A stretch of DNA of 64,000 nt. Source: Octopus vulgaris (taxonomy: Eukaryota). The position numbers and the translations under genes were made by a program. The notes under the pieces are model-generated. The model had not been told where the DNA came from. It made no database searches and worked only from the letters and a program-made list of their open reading frames with translations. The stretch lies in assembly GCA_951406725.2 (NCBI GenBank), contig OX597814.1, positions 125,798,001-125,862,000 on the forward strand, written 5' to 3'. Shown here piece by piece: positions 13,974-27,100 of this stretch. Numbering within the stretch: position 1 is the stretch's first letter; each line of letters begins with the position of its first letter.

Positions 13974-14101
13974 TAGATGCATGGAAAAGTGGACGTGGAA
14001 ACGGTGATGACATATATGTATGAACAAATATCTATTTGTATAGATATGTGTTCATACATATATGTCATCACCGTTTCCACGTCCACTTTTCCATGCATCT
14101 A
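13974..14101. repeat. Near-perfect palindrome built from a LINE/SINE tail
   Basis: tagatgcatggaaaagtggacgtgg...ccacgtccacttttccatgcatcta. Confidence 0.85.
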
Positions 14102-14536
14102 TATGTATCTGTAATATTATTCAGATTGTCACACGTTTTCCAGTATTGCAATCTTTATCTATACAATGAAATGGAAATATAATCGAAATCTTTGAAATAA
14201 TGAAACACATTCGAGCGTTACATTTTCCACAATCTTTGACATTCGAATGAAATCGAAATTGTAATCAAAATCTTTAAAACGTAATGAAACTGTTACAAAA
14301 TTCGACGAATTTATACATCAAAATAGAAATACTTTATAAGGACATTTATTAAACATTGTATATTGAGAAGTTCTGCTCGTATAGCGTTTCTGATGGAGTT
14401 AGAATGGCTGTAAGGACTGAAAATTAGGTGAACAAATGGCTGTTTAATAAAATTAAAACGGCTGGAAACTTTTGAACTTGTTTGTCAGCACATCGACGAA
14501 AACGATTATATAGAGGTTGTATTATGTACTTTGCTT

Positions 14537-15275
14537 AAGGCGGCGAGTTGGCAGAGTTGTTAGCACGCTGGATGGAATGCTTACCGGTATTTCGCCTGCC
14601 GTTACGTTCTGAGTTCAAATTCCGCCGAGGTCGACTTTGCCTTTCATCCTTTCGGGGTCGATAAATTAAGTACCAGTTACGCACTGGGGTCGATGTAATC
14701 GACTTAATCCGTTTGTCCCCTCTGTGTTTAGCCTCTTGTGGGTAGTAAAGAAATAGGTATTTCGTCTGCCGTTACGTTCTGAGTTCAAATTCCGCCGAGG
14801 TCGACTTTGCCTTTCATCCTTTCGGGGTTGATAAATTAGGTACCAGTTACACACTGGGGTCGATATAATCGACTTAATCTGTTTGTCTGTCTTTATTTGT
14901 ACCCTCTATGTTTAGCCCCTTGTGACAATAAAGAAATAGGTATTTCGTCTGCCGCTACGTTCTGAGTTCAAATTCCGCCGAGGTCGACTTTGCCTTTCAT
15001 CCTTTCGGGGTCGATTAAATAAGTACCAGTTACACACTGGGGCCGATATAATCGATTTAATCCGTTTGTCTATCCTTGTTTGTCCCCTCTTTGTTTAGCC
15101 CCTTGTGGGTAGTAAAGAAATAGGTATTTCGCCCGTCGCTACGTTCTAAGTTGAAATTGTGCCGACCTTTCATCCTTTCGGGGTCGATAAATTGAGTACC
15201 AGTTGAGTACTGGAGGTCTATGTAATCGACTATCCCCTTCTCCCAAAATTTCAGGCCTTGTGCCTATTATAGAAA
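14537..15275 (+). mobile_element. tRNA-derived SINE with Deu/Nin-like domain; body tandemly repeated about 4 times (~180-bp unit)
   Basis: Single A box (TGGCAGAGTTG), then repeated gagttcaaattccgccgaggtcgactttgcctttcatcctttcggggtcgataaa..gtaccag. Other copies at ~2910-3090, 11305-11450, 20266-20440 (-) and 46596-46810 (+). Confidence 0.8.
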
Positions 15276-16222
15276 GGATTATATTTTTCAATTGTTTCTC
15301 ATTAGAATGCGGCCATGCTGGGGTACCGCTTTGAAGAATTTTATTCAAATGAACTGATCCCAGTATTTACTTTTTTTAAAGCTTGGTACTTTATTCTATC
15401 GGTCTCTAGTACCGAACCGCTAAGTTACGGGGACATAAACACACCAACACTAGTGGAGTACAAACACACACACACATATACACACACCTAAAATCTACCC
15501 AACTTAATTTTGCTAGCATATTTCTGACCAAATACACTATCTTATTTCAGATAATTTTGAAAATAAAGAAATTGCTTGTAAAATAACTTTGTCATAATTA
15601 AGCTGGTGTTTGGAACATAAAACTAACATGAAATTGTGGTGGGAGAATTAGGTCACTTTTAAACCGGAAGTTTGATTCACAGGTTCTGGGCGGTTTCGGG
15701 TTGATCAAACCGTGACTGAGAGAGCGCTAATAAAGGTGGAATGGTCATAATTGGGATGCTTTTCATCATGGGATTTGGATTAAGTCACTTTTGAAATGCT
15801 TCTTTGATATTTTGTTAAAAGGTTTCTGTTGGATAATTGCATAGAAAACGTGCGTGTCGGTGTTGTCATCATCATCATCATCAAAATCTCCACCGCCCCC
15901 ACCTTCACCCCCACCATAACAACCCCTGCCGTCATCGTGATCATGATCATCATCTTCGACTAAGTCATCATTCATCGCAACAACCAAACAGCACTAATGA
16001 GCCAACGAAGGAGCCATGCTTTTCCCTCAAATCAACCCGGACATCTTAGAAAAAAAAAGGGTATCATAAATCAGATGAGTCAGTCATGGCTGGAATGCCT
16101 TTCCTCAAAGAGAGGTGACCTGGAGTTAAACAACAACAACCACAGAACTAATACTATATATATACATATGCGTGTATGTATATATATATATAAATACACA
16201 CACACACACATATATATATATA

Positions 16223-16277
<55 letters not shown>

Positions 16278-16550
16278 ATACGCACACATATGGGTATGTA
16301 TGCATGTAAATCTAAGTAGGTGCCCAGTCATTCTATCAGCCACACCCTCTTTCTGACCCTTAAAGGCTAGCATAAATGCCACGTATGACAGTATGTCACT
16401 TCCTGCTTTACACTTCACACACACGAACTCCCTCTCTTCCTGAACGCGCGCGAGTATGTGTGTATTTATTCACACATATATATGAATACATACACACTGA
16501 TCAAGCTTATATATTCTCTATACCTATACATATCCAAACACACGTTGGTT

Positions 16551-16815
16551 ACGATGAGGAGTGTTCCAGTTGATCCGATCAACGGAACAGCCTGCACGTG
16601 AAATTAACGTGCAAGTAGCTGAGCACTCCATAGACACGTGTAGCCTTAACGTAATTCTCAGGGAGATTCAGTGTAACAAGGCTCGCTCTTTGAATAACAG
16701 GTAAAACTCATTTCTGACAGCTGTGTGGACTGGAGCAACGTAAAATAAAGTGTCTTGCTCAAGGACATAACGCACTGCAAGAAATTTCAATTGTGAGCCG
16801 AATATCCCTAGTCAC
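16551..16815 (-). mobile_element. tRNA-derived SINE with CORE-like ccttgagcaagacactt
   Basis: Decayed tRNA head followed by a CORE-like segment on the minus strand. Confidence 0.6.
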
Positions 16816-18474
16816 AAACTCACACGCGCAATAATCTTGGGAGGAAGGAAGTAAGCCTTAAACCGTTGAAATGGCTTCTTTTTTTTTTTATCAAGCTCTG
16901 TCTTTCTCCATTTCTAAGTTAAGAGTAAAAATAAGCAACCCTGCAAAACACAACTAATCTTTACACACATACGCACAGAATAACAGCAATCAAATAACGA
17001 CAGCGGAGTGCACGACAAACATCAGCGATCTGACTGTCGCCTGTACTCTTGACAAGAGATGCCAGTTATTATTAGTCTTTTACACCTACTCGTTCGTATC
17101 AGTCCGAGTTGCTGGATAGTTTTTCTTTCCTTTAAGAATATTGTAGAACGGAAACTTTTTATAGATTGGAATTTAAATCCAAATCTCTATAGAAATTTGT
17201 TTCAAGAAACATTGAATTTGAATTACTTTTGCTTTTTACGATTATAGATAGAAACTCGGGCTGAGCCCGAGTCAGGCGCGTGTGAACGATGTCGAGGGAA
17301 CGTCTGCTACGAATGAAATTTTTTGACACAAGGCACTTCTAAAACGACCACCAAACGCTGAACGAAAATAAATGAACTGTGACCAGGCTCAATAAAAGGA
17401 GCCCAAGTTATTGGCTGCAATTACATACTTGAAATCGGTATTAGCAGAAATTAAATAAGCTTGCAAAATCGCGTTCACTTTACTAAATTTATACTCGGGC
17501 CGAGTGCCGGAGTCGCCGCGCTTCTTTCAGTTTCCGTCTACCAAATTCACTCACATCACATTGGTCGGCCCGAGGCTATAGCAGAAGACACTTGCCCAAG
17601 GTGTCACCCAGTGGGACTGAACCCGGGACCATACGATTGGAAAGGAAGTTTCTTACCACCACAATATTTTTTTTTAATGGGATGACACCGCTAAAAAGTC
17701 CTCGATCCATTCATCTACTTTATCAGGTCTTAGCTAGGACGAAGGAACATCAACATAACCGACAGTCTACGCGTGGCTTCGGGTTGTAAAGTATATAAAC
17801 ATGTGGAACAACTATACTGACATGTGGTATCACTATGGTAACATGTGGTAAATATAACAACAAACACAGTAGCTACTTGTTTCCTATTTCTATATTTATT
17901 GTTACTTTTCTGTCTCACTTTTTAGTGAGGAAATATGTGCATACGTGAATGTATAGAAAAGTACACACACGCGCCCACGCACAAGCATACACACACATAC
18001 ATAATTTCTCATCGACAGAAAATAAAATATTCATATGCTCAAGAGTTTAGTTGTTTTATCTTCTTTGTTTCATCAAGCACACACACGCAGGCAACCACAC
18101 ACAAACACACACACATATAACATCGGTAGAAAATAAATAATTTATATCGCCATGCTTTGAGTTCTGTTTTATCGTAATTCTTCAACCACACACACACGCA
18201 TACATACATAGACACATACTTGCATACACACACATACATAGACATAAATACACTCGTGTTGACTAACTTGAATCAAAGTGCTGGAAAACATCAGCATTGA
18301 AGTTAGCATAAATTACAATAAGTGTTTTTATAGTTTTTAGCTACTTTTAAATTAGCTGTATATTAGTTGATTTGTGTATGATACGTTTTTTTGCCTCCAA
18401 ATTTTTAAACTTTAAATTTGAATGTATGCGTCATACTCGAGAACTAGCTCAGTGCAAAAGTAATTGCAGTTTTG

Positions 18475-18542
<68 letters not shown>

Positions 18543-18817
18543 TTAGTAGAGTTAGCGGTTGGAATGACCGTCTAAGGGATAAGAATATCCGTTTTACTAC
18601 AGGTATAAATTATCTATGTGTATATGTCTTAGGACAGCTGCAGCACAATGGGGTGAGAGGATGGAGCTGAAAGGCCACACTGCTGCTAAAAACTGACACA
18701 CACACACGCATACACACACATTCGCGCGAACACACACACACAAAGAAAGACACAAATGTATACGCACATAAGGATACAGATAAGGAGTGGAGCAAGAACA
18801 CACACGAAAACGAAAAG

Positions 18818-18862
18818 TGTCGCTGAAGAGGTCCCAGATGTGTGACGAAAAATTTCCGGGCA
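18818..18862 (+). ncRNA. Hammerhead-like motif
   Basis: UGUCG-CUGAAGA-G-GUC...GAC-GAAA-AAUU-UC-CGGGCA; palindromic stem III, weak stems I and II. Confidence 0.5.
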
Positions 18863-19013
18863 ATGGATATGAGTTAAACTAATAAAATAAGAACAGTAAT
18901 AAACGAGTGAAGAAAACATATATCGTGCGCGTGTGTTTATTTGTCCCGCCTCTGTTTCCACACGATTTCACATCAGGAATCTTGCAAAACGAATTGATAA
19001 GCGTGTGTGTGTG

Positions 19014-19945
<932 letters not shown>

Positions 19946-20049
19946 ATATCACAACTCGTGTTCCACATCTCCTTTTTTAAATATATATATACATGTATGT
20001 ATGCCCACATCCTGTGGGCTAAAACATAAAAGAATACACACACATACAC

Positions 20050-20256
20050 ACTAATCCCTCGGTTATCACGGGTGTTACGTTCCAGAACACTCCGCGATAG
20101 GTGAAATCCACGAAGTAGAAACAGTATTGCCCTGTTTATTTTTTATTATTATTTTTATAATTTGTATATATTTATTTTATTATGAATGCAAAACAGCACC
20201 GCAGAGGAATCGACGTAAGCTTGAATAATAAACTGCGATATAGCGAGGGATTATTG
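20050..20256. mobile_element. pogo/Tigger-like MITE
   Basis: TIRs cactaatccctcg / cgagggattattg, followed by TA on the right. Confidence 0.65.
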
Positions 20257-21237
20257 TATATCGGTTTAAAATTTTGGCCAGGAAGTTCGGGAGGGCGGAA
20301 AGGGTAAAGCGATTACATCGACCCCGAAAAGATAAAAGGCAAAGTTGACCTCGGTGGTATTTGAACTCAGAATGTAAGGGCGAACGAAATGCCGCTGAGC
20401 ATTTTGTCCGGTGTGCCAACGATTCTGCCAGCTCGCCGCCGATTCTTTGTGCTTCCTCGTTGTCAATGGCATTTCTGATTTCCCGTCCATGACCTCCCAG
20501 ATGATTATACAATCACACTGCAAATCTGCATGGCGTGAAGCATTGGTGATAGACAAAAGCTGCAACTTATTGTGTGCTACCTACTGGTTCGGTTTCTTCA
20601 CATCGCAACTCTTCCAACGCCATTGGACTTTCAGTAGATGGAATGACAAATGAGATCACCATACAGTCATCTATTGCATAACTGGATTATAGTGATAGAC
20701 GTTTGTACAAAACAAGTACCACTCTCTGAGTCTCCGTGACTAGTAACTAGGGACAGACTAAAGTGAGACGACCATTAATCACGTGAAACCGTTATTATTT
20801 TTTAGCGTTAGAAAAATGGCACACTTGCCTGATAAAATAGCAAATATATATTTAACATATGAGATGCATAGACTGTCTTTAAATGGAGAGATCTGGATGA
20901 CTTATTACATACAGGGTGTGAAAAAAAAATACAACTATATTGCTCAAGAAAGCAAAAGAACCGAAGATTTTAACCATCTTCTTGACACATTCTTCAAAAA
21001 ATTTCCGTACCGGGTATCACAAATGCAACAAACTCGTAACTGTTCCTTTCGTTTTGTACTTTTATTAAGAAAGTATAAGAGCTTAATAAAAAGTCTTCCA
21101 GATCGAAACCACATACACTGCTAAATTTGGTTGCAACAAATGTAACAGTATTTTAGGTGGGGTTTTGGAATAGCTGTTACTATATTTCTGAGAAGGAAAA
21201 GGGCACGGAATTGTTTCAAAGTTGAAATCCTACAGGA

Positions 21238-21318
<81 letters not shown>

Positions 21319-21717
21319 AAAACATTTTGTGCCCTTTCCTTTCCACGTGATGTAGGGAGTAGCTATTCAAAAACTTCCCCATTTTACGTATGAAATGACA
21401 ACGTAAAGTGATTGATTATGCATGAAGCGGACTTGTTTAAACGAAGCCTAATGTGTGTGTGTGTGTGTGTACACACATACTTCGGAATGAGCCGTAGCAC
21501 AGGGTTCTGTTCAAAGGATGTGGAACACAAGAGGCGTCGCTTCACAAAGGGAGCAACGAACCCAGATAAAAATATCGTTAAATGTGGTGGAATTTCTAAA
21601 ATGAAGGCATTTTCAGTGAAATGTATGAAAGCACAAAGAATTAGCGAATACTGGAGATTTCTGCATAATGCGGGAAAATGGATAAGCCAATATGTATGTG
21701 TATGTGTGTATTATATA

Positions 21718-21775
<58 letters not shown>

Positions 21776-22225
21776 TCACATATACGCACATACATACACA
21801 CGTATGTATATATGCATGTCTGTGTGTGGTATGTGTACAACACACATGCACATATAAATGTATGTTCCTTCTTCGTGTTATTTTTGCCTATTTCTGACTA
21901 ATGGCGACAGCTACGGTTTCTAACCTAAGAAATAAGACTCATTCATTGAAATTTATGCAACATCAGAGTAATCTTGTGCGTATGTATGTGTGTGTGTCCG
22001 CGTATGTGAATATATATGCATATACATATGTGCACACGTACACATGGGCGTAAGCATAGATATCGTTGCATAAGAGATTGAAAAGATCCTTAGTGGATGT
22101 ATGTATATCTATACACGCACACTCACACACATAAATGTTTATATTTATATACAGGCGTTTAGTGTGTATGTGTTTGCATATAAATGAAACGCTAAGATAC
22201 TTGAAAATAAAACAAAGTATACATA

Positions 22226-22382
22226 GGCGCACGAGTGGTTGTGTGGTAAGTAGCTTGCTTACCAACCACATCGTTCCGGGTTCAGTCCCACTCTGTGACA
22301 ACTTGGGCAGGTGTCTTCTACTATAGCCTCGAGCCGACTAAAGCCTTGTGAGTAAATTTGATAAACTGGAAGAAGCCTGTCG

Positions 22383-22437
<55 letters not shown>

Positions 22438-22628
22438 AGATAGATACATAGATATGTGTGTCTGTGTTTGTCCACCCACGTCCAACATCGTATGACAACC
22501 CATGCTGATGTGTTTAGGTTCCCGTAACTTAGCGGTTCGGCCAAAGAGAATAAGTCCTGGGGTCGATTTGTTCGACTAAAGGCGGTGCTCCAGCATGGCC
22601 TCAGTCAAATGACTGAAACAAGTAAAAA
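22226..22628 (+). mobile_element. tRNA-derived CORE-type SINE with internal microsatellite (near full length)
   Basis: A box (tggttgtgtgg), B box (gggttcagtcc), acttgggcaggtgtc CORE-like block, tail ccagcatggcc..tgactgaaacaagtaaa. Partial copies at ~6140-6345, 11025-11290, 12265-12415, 15290-15470, 17520-17660, 31040-31340. Confidence 0.85.
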
Positions 22629-22685
22629 ATACTGAAATAAATACACATACATATGACATAAATATAATATGTAATATATATATAT

Positions 22686-22968
22686 CACGTGACCGACCAG
22701 GCACTCAGATGTTGTTACACATCGCTGGTCACAATGCGTTCGCATTGTTTTAGCCTTCGAATGACGCCACCCCGCTGGCTAGGCGAGCAGGCCAACAGAA
22801 GAAAGAGTGGTGAAGGAGTACAGCAGGGATCACCACCCCCTGCCGGAGCCTCGTGGAGCTTTTAGGTGTTTTCGCTCAATAAACACTCACAACGCCCGGT
22901 CTGGGAATCGAAACCGCGATCCTGCGACCGCGAGTCCGCTGCCCTAACCAATAGGCCATTGCGCCTCC
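22686..22968 (-). mobile_element. tRNA-derived SINE with RTE-like 3' tail
   Basis: Head GGAGGCGCAATGGCCTATTGGTTAGGGCAGCGG...GGTTTCGATTCC; tail resembles 13088-13145. Confidence 0.8.
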
Positions 22969-22976
22969 ACACACAC

Positions 22977-23009
<33 letters not shown>

Positions 23010-23150
23010 ATATATATAAATATAATATATATATATATATATATATTATATTTATATATATATATATATATATTTATTTATTTAAATATATATGCTCTAT
23101 TCAAATGTCACCTGTCTTAAAGTTTTCATAACTTTATATATTATACTATA

Positions 23151-23651
23151 CTAGCAGTATCGCCCGGCGTTGCTCGGGTTTGTAAGGGAAATAACTATAT
23201 AAGCATTTTTAGAGAGTTACTTCCTTTATAGATGCCAATTCGGGCTTTCTTAGCCATTTCTGTTTTGGTGTCTTCAAGCCATGAAGTCGTTGTTCTCCTT
23301 GACAACGCATTACGACGTTGATTTCCTTAAACTCCCTTCCCCACAGCTTCACGAGGGAGGGAAGAAGGGGGAGAAGCAAACACAGGTGCAGGTGTTTGAG
23401 CGTGGACGCCAACTCCGCCGCCATCGACACACGAAAAATTATGCATTAAAATGGAATAAAAAATGATGTTAAATTATTTTTTAAATCGTAGACTCATCGT
23501 AGACGCGCGCTAATAGCCAGACGGGCTAGATATTAATCACGACTATAAGATACCCGGTTTTGGTTAAACTGCACCGCAAAATGTGGGAGGAGTTAGGAAT
23601 CTCAATCGTAGGAGACAGACACTCACACAACTACAGTTTTATATATATAGA
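23151..23651 (-). mobile_element. Non-autonomous Helitron
   Basis: Same family as 4160-4665, with a small internal deletion. Confidence 0.9.
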
Positions 23652-24157
23652 CTAGCAGTATCGCCCGGCGTTGCTCGGGTTTGTAAGGGAAATAACTATA
23701 TAAGCATTTTTAGAGAGTTACTTCCCTTATAAATTCGGGCTTTCTTAGCCATTTTTGTTTTGGTGTCTTCAAGCCATGAAGTCGTTGTTCTAAAAGAACG
23801 CTGGTTTCCTTCACAACGCATTACGACGTTGATTTCTTTACACTCCCTTCCCCACAGCTTCACGAGGGAGGGAAGGGGGAGAAGCAAACAGGTGCAGCTG
23901 TGAGCGTGGACGCCAACTCCGCCGCTATCGACACACGATGCATTTTATGCATTAAAATGGAATAAAAAATGATGTTAAATTATTTTTAAAATCGTAGACT
24001 CATCGTTGACGCGCGCTAATAGTCAGACGGGCTCGATATGAATCACGACTATAAGATACCCGAATTTGGTTAAACTGCACCGCAAAATGTGGGAGGAGTT
24101 AGGAATCTAAATCGAAGGGGACAGACACTCACACAACTAGAGTTTTATATATATAGA
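23652..24157 (-). mobile_element. Non-autonomous Helitron, nearly identical to 4160-4665
   Basis: Same 506-bp length with few substitutions; joined CTAG|TC to the adjacent copy. Confidence 0.9.
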
Positions 24158-27100
24158 TTTCTGTGTTTGACTTAATTCTATTATGTATATCGAAATTTCT
24201 TCATGAGCCTTACACGAAAATATATATTTTCACTATATTTGAAGAATATCCATTTATTTTACATATATACCGTGCATGTTTATATATGTAGGTGTTGAGG
24301 GTGGGGAGTGTGTCCATCAATGACATAATTCATCTTCGTAAAATTATATATTTGCCCCCGCAATAATTCTTTTTCTGCGCCATCGTCTTAACGAACAACC
24401 GTTGACGGCTTCCATGACAAACACAACGTGGTTCTCATGGAATTTTCTTCGGAAAATTCAGAAGCACTTTCCTTTTGTCTTCCTCTGGGTATACCTTGTG
24501 CTTTTTTTCTATATGACACCATCATGTCATCGTAAGAGAGAGAGAGAGAGAGAGAGAGAGTGAGTGAGGTGGGGGAAGAGAAGTCATCGCAGTATTTGAC
24601 TAGTACTTCATTTGTTGACCTTCAAATGGATAAAAGGAAAAGCTGACCACGGCGGGGTTTGAATTTACAGCATAGAGAACCAGAACAAATATATTGACAT
24701 TCTGTCCGACGCTCACTTTCTTTTGAGTTTGCTGCCTACGAAATACGATGGGTAACAAGACGAGTCTCAGTTGCAGACGACATGTTTTAGGCTATATATG
24801 GTTGGTCTTCTTTCCGAAAACTATCGTAAGTAATCGCCGTTGAATATCAAAATGACAGAAAAAAAAATATTGAAATTTTTTTTAATATCTTTAAACGTGG
24901 AATGAGAGAGAGAAAAAGTGAGGGTGGAGCAGGGGATGGAGGATTCGAAAAGTTGTTTGTGGGGCGGAATCGTCTCGGTCCTCAATTCACAGTGGAACTT
25001 TGACCGTCCTTTAGCAGCCCTAAATTAAAATTTGCTTCATTGGAAAGACAACTGCATGCGAAAATTATTATCGTCCAGATAAACAAGGTACTGGACATTA
25101 GTTGCAATGCAGCGAGAAGTTTGGACAGTTTTTGATTCAAGAGTACGTGCTTTTGAAATGAAAGTTATTTATGTGTTGATAGGTGCACTTGCTCCATTAA
25201 TTTCACATAAGAAACACAGCGACAGTTACTGGCAAAAATGCAGTTGATGCAATTTTGTCAATACTCCATCCGTTACGATTCCTATTTTCTTTTAAATCGA
25301 CCACATTTATCGTCGAGATAACTACTGGTGAATGGTGCCGAGAATTTCCCTCAAAAGTATGTATTCTGTTCATCGATTCTACTTTTTTTTCATTATTCAT
25401 TTTCTGAATGCTTTATAACATTTTAATACACTTTTGAAATATATTTCTAATTTTAGATTTCATAAAAACAATTAAGAACCGCCGCTTTTTCTAGTTGAAT
25501 TTAGGACCGTAAAAGTATGGTCACCCTTGAAAGTATATAGTAATATGCAGAAATTTTTCAAAGGAAAATAAGCAAAATGGAGTTGGGTAGACATGTCCGC
25601 CTGGACATGGTTTAATGTCAATATTTCCACTGTCAGTTTTGTGGTCACGAACCGAAAGAATTCCATGTTTTTTTTCCCTTTCTTTTTTAGTTTATATGTG
25701 TCTGGGGTACCTGTGTATTACTCGTTAACTGTTTGCTATGTACCTTCATCGTCGGTGTCTCCTCGCCGACATTCTGAACATCATCAACTCAAAGAGTTGA
25801 GAATTGATACAGAATTGATAATAATAATATTAGCCTCACCAAAACACCTCATCGCCAGCAGATCTATGGAGAAAATTATTTAAACATTACCATGTTATAT
25901 CATGAAAAAGATAAACACCATTAACTGTAAATAAACAAAATTTCTTTTAAACTGAAAAAAGTCAGACATGATAATCTATGTACTATAGTTGAAATTTACG
26001 TATATATTTTCACACAAATATTCACGTAGATATACACACACACATATATTTACATACCTACAGATATGTATCTGCGCGTGTGTATATGTATATATGTATC
26101 AGTATATGTAAATATAGACATGGCTGTACTTCTGTCTATTCTGTGATTATTTCTCCAAGGGTATGGGTATAAAAGCGTTGCACTCACTGAACTATAAAAG
26201 AATACAAATATTACCATGTCATAAAATAGTTATTTTTATTCAGTATACATGTACATGTATGTCTATATGTATCTAGTTATGCGTATTCTCCCCTAACTTT
26301 TTTTCCTCATTAATTTCAGGAAAATGTATAGCCCTGTTTTTTTTTTTAATGAAATTTTTCTGAAGTCATGAGGAAACAAAGTCCGCGGGGGGCATGTGTC
26401 CATAGAAATAAGAGGAATTGTCAAACTAATGTAAAGATCTGTGTTTTTGATAGGGTAGAATATATCAAATTTAAGTCCCCAGAGCATTAATAAAAAAAAC
26501 ATCCACCCACGTACATGCAGGACCAAAGAGAAAAAGTACACAAGGGTTGCATGGTACTCAGAAATATCCTACTTCCTAAGAAAATGTTTATTCATTTTTG
26601 AAGACTAGCATTCACGTTTTGGAAGAGAGGCCCGAACCTGCTTAGAAGCCTTGAAATCAGTGTCTAGAAGAGGTCTAAACAATCGCCTGGTGGTAATTGA
26701 AACCGACTCCGCGTCAGAAGGAGAGATAATCTCAAGACCCAACACCTAGAATTGACATAACAACGAAGAAACTATCTGGAGACTAGAGGACAGCTGTCTG
26801 TAACATGTTCGTGTCTCAATAGTCTCATAATGCACAGCAATTATACTACCTTGATGCCAAGAGTCAAGGTAATGAGTTATATACTGAGTAGAGAATATGT
26901 GTAGTCTATGGTGATTTGCATAATTAAAATAAAAATGAGCCAGGAATAAATTTGAAGAATAAAAATGAATAAAGACATACATACCATACAAGATAAATAA
27001 TCTTGATTTTATTGAAATTATCTTTGTTTCTGAAGTGGATAAAATAATCACCTGGCAGTAACTGGGACCAATTCCGAAAGAGAAACAGGAGATAAAAATC

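Noticed and set aside
14590-15200. CRISPR-like periodic repeats
   Set aside because: Whole ~180-bp units repeat with no unique spacers, in a eukaryotic SINE context.
21900-21970. Possible minus-strand HHR (ctgatg...gaaaccgta)
   Set aside because: Core is incomplete and there is no stem I.
26604-26868. Possible coding exon between AG and AAG|GTAATG
   Set aside because: Stops in all three frames; at most an untranslated exon, unsupported without RNA data.
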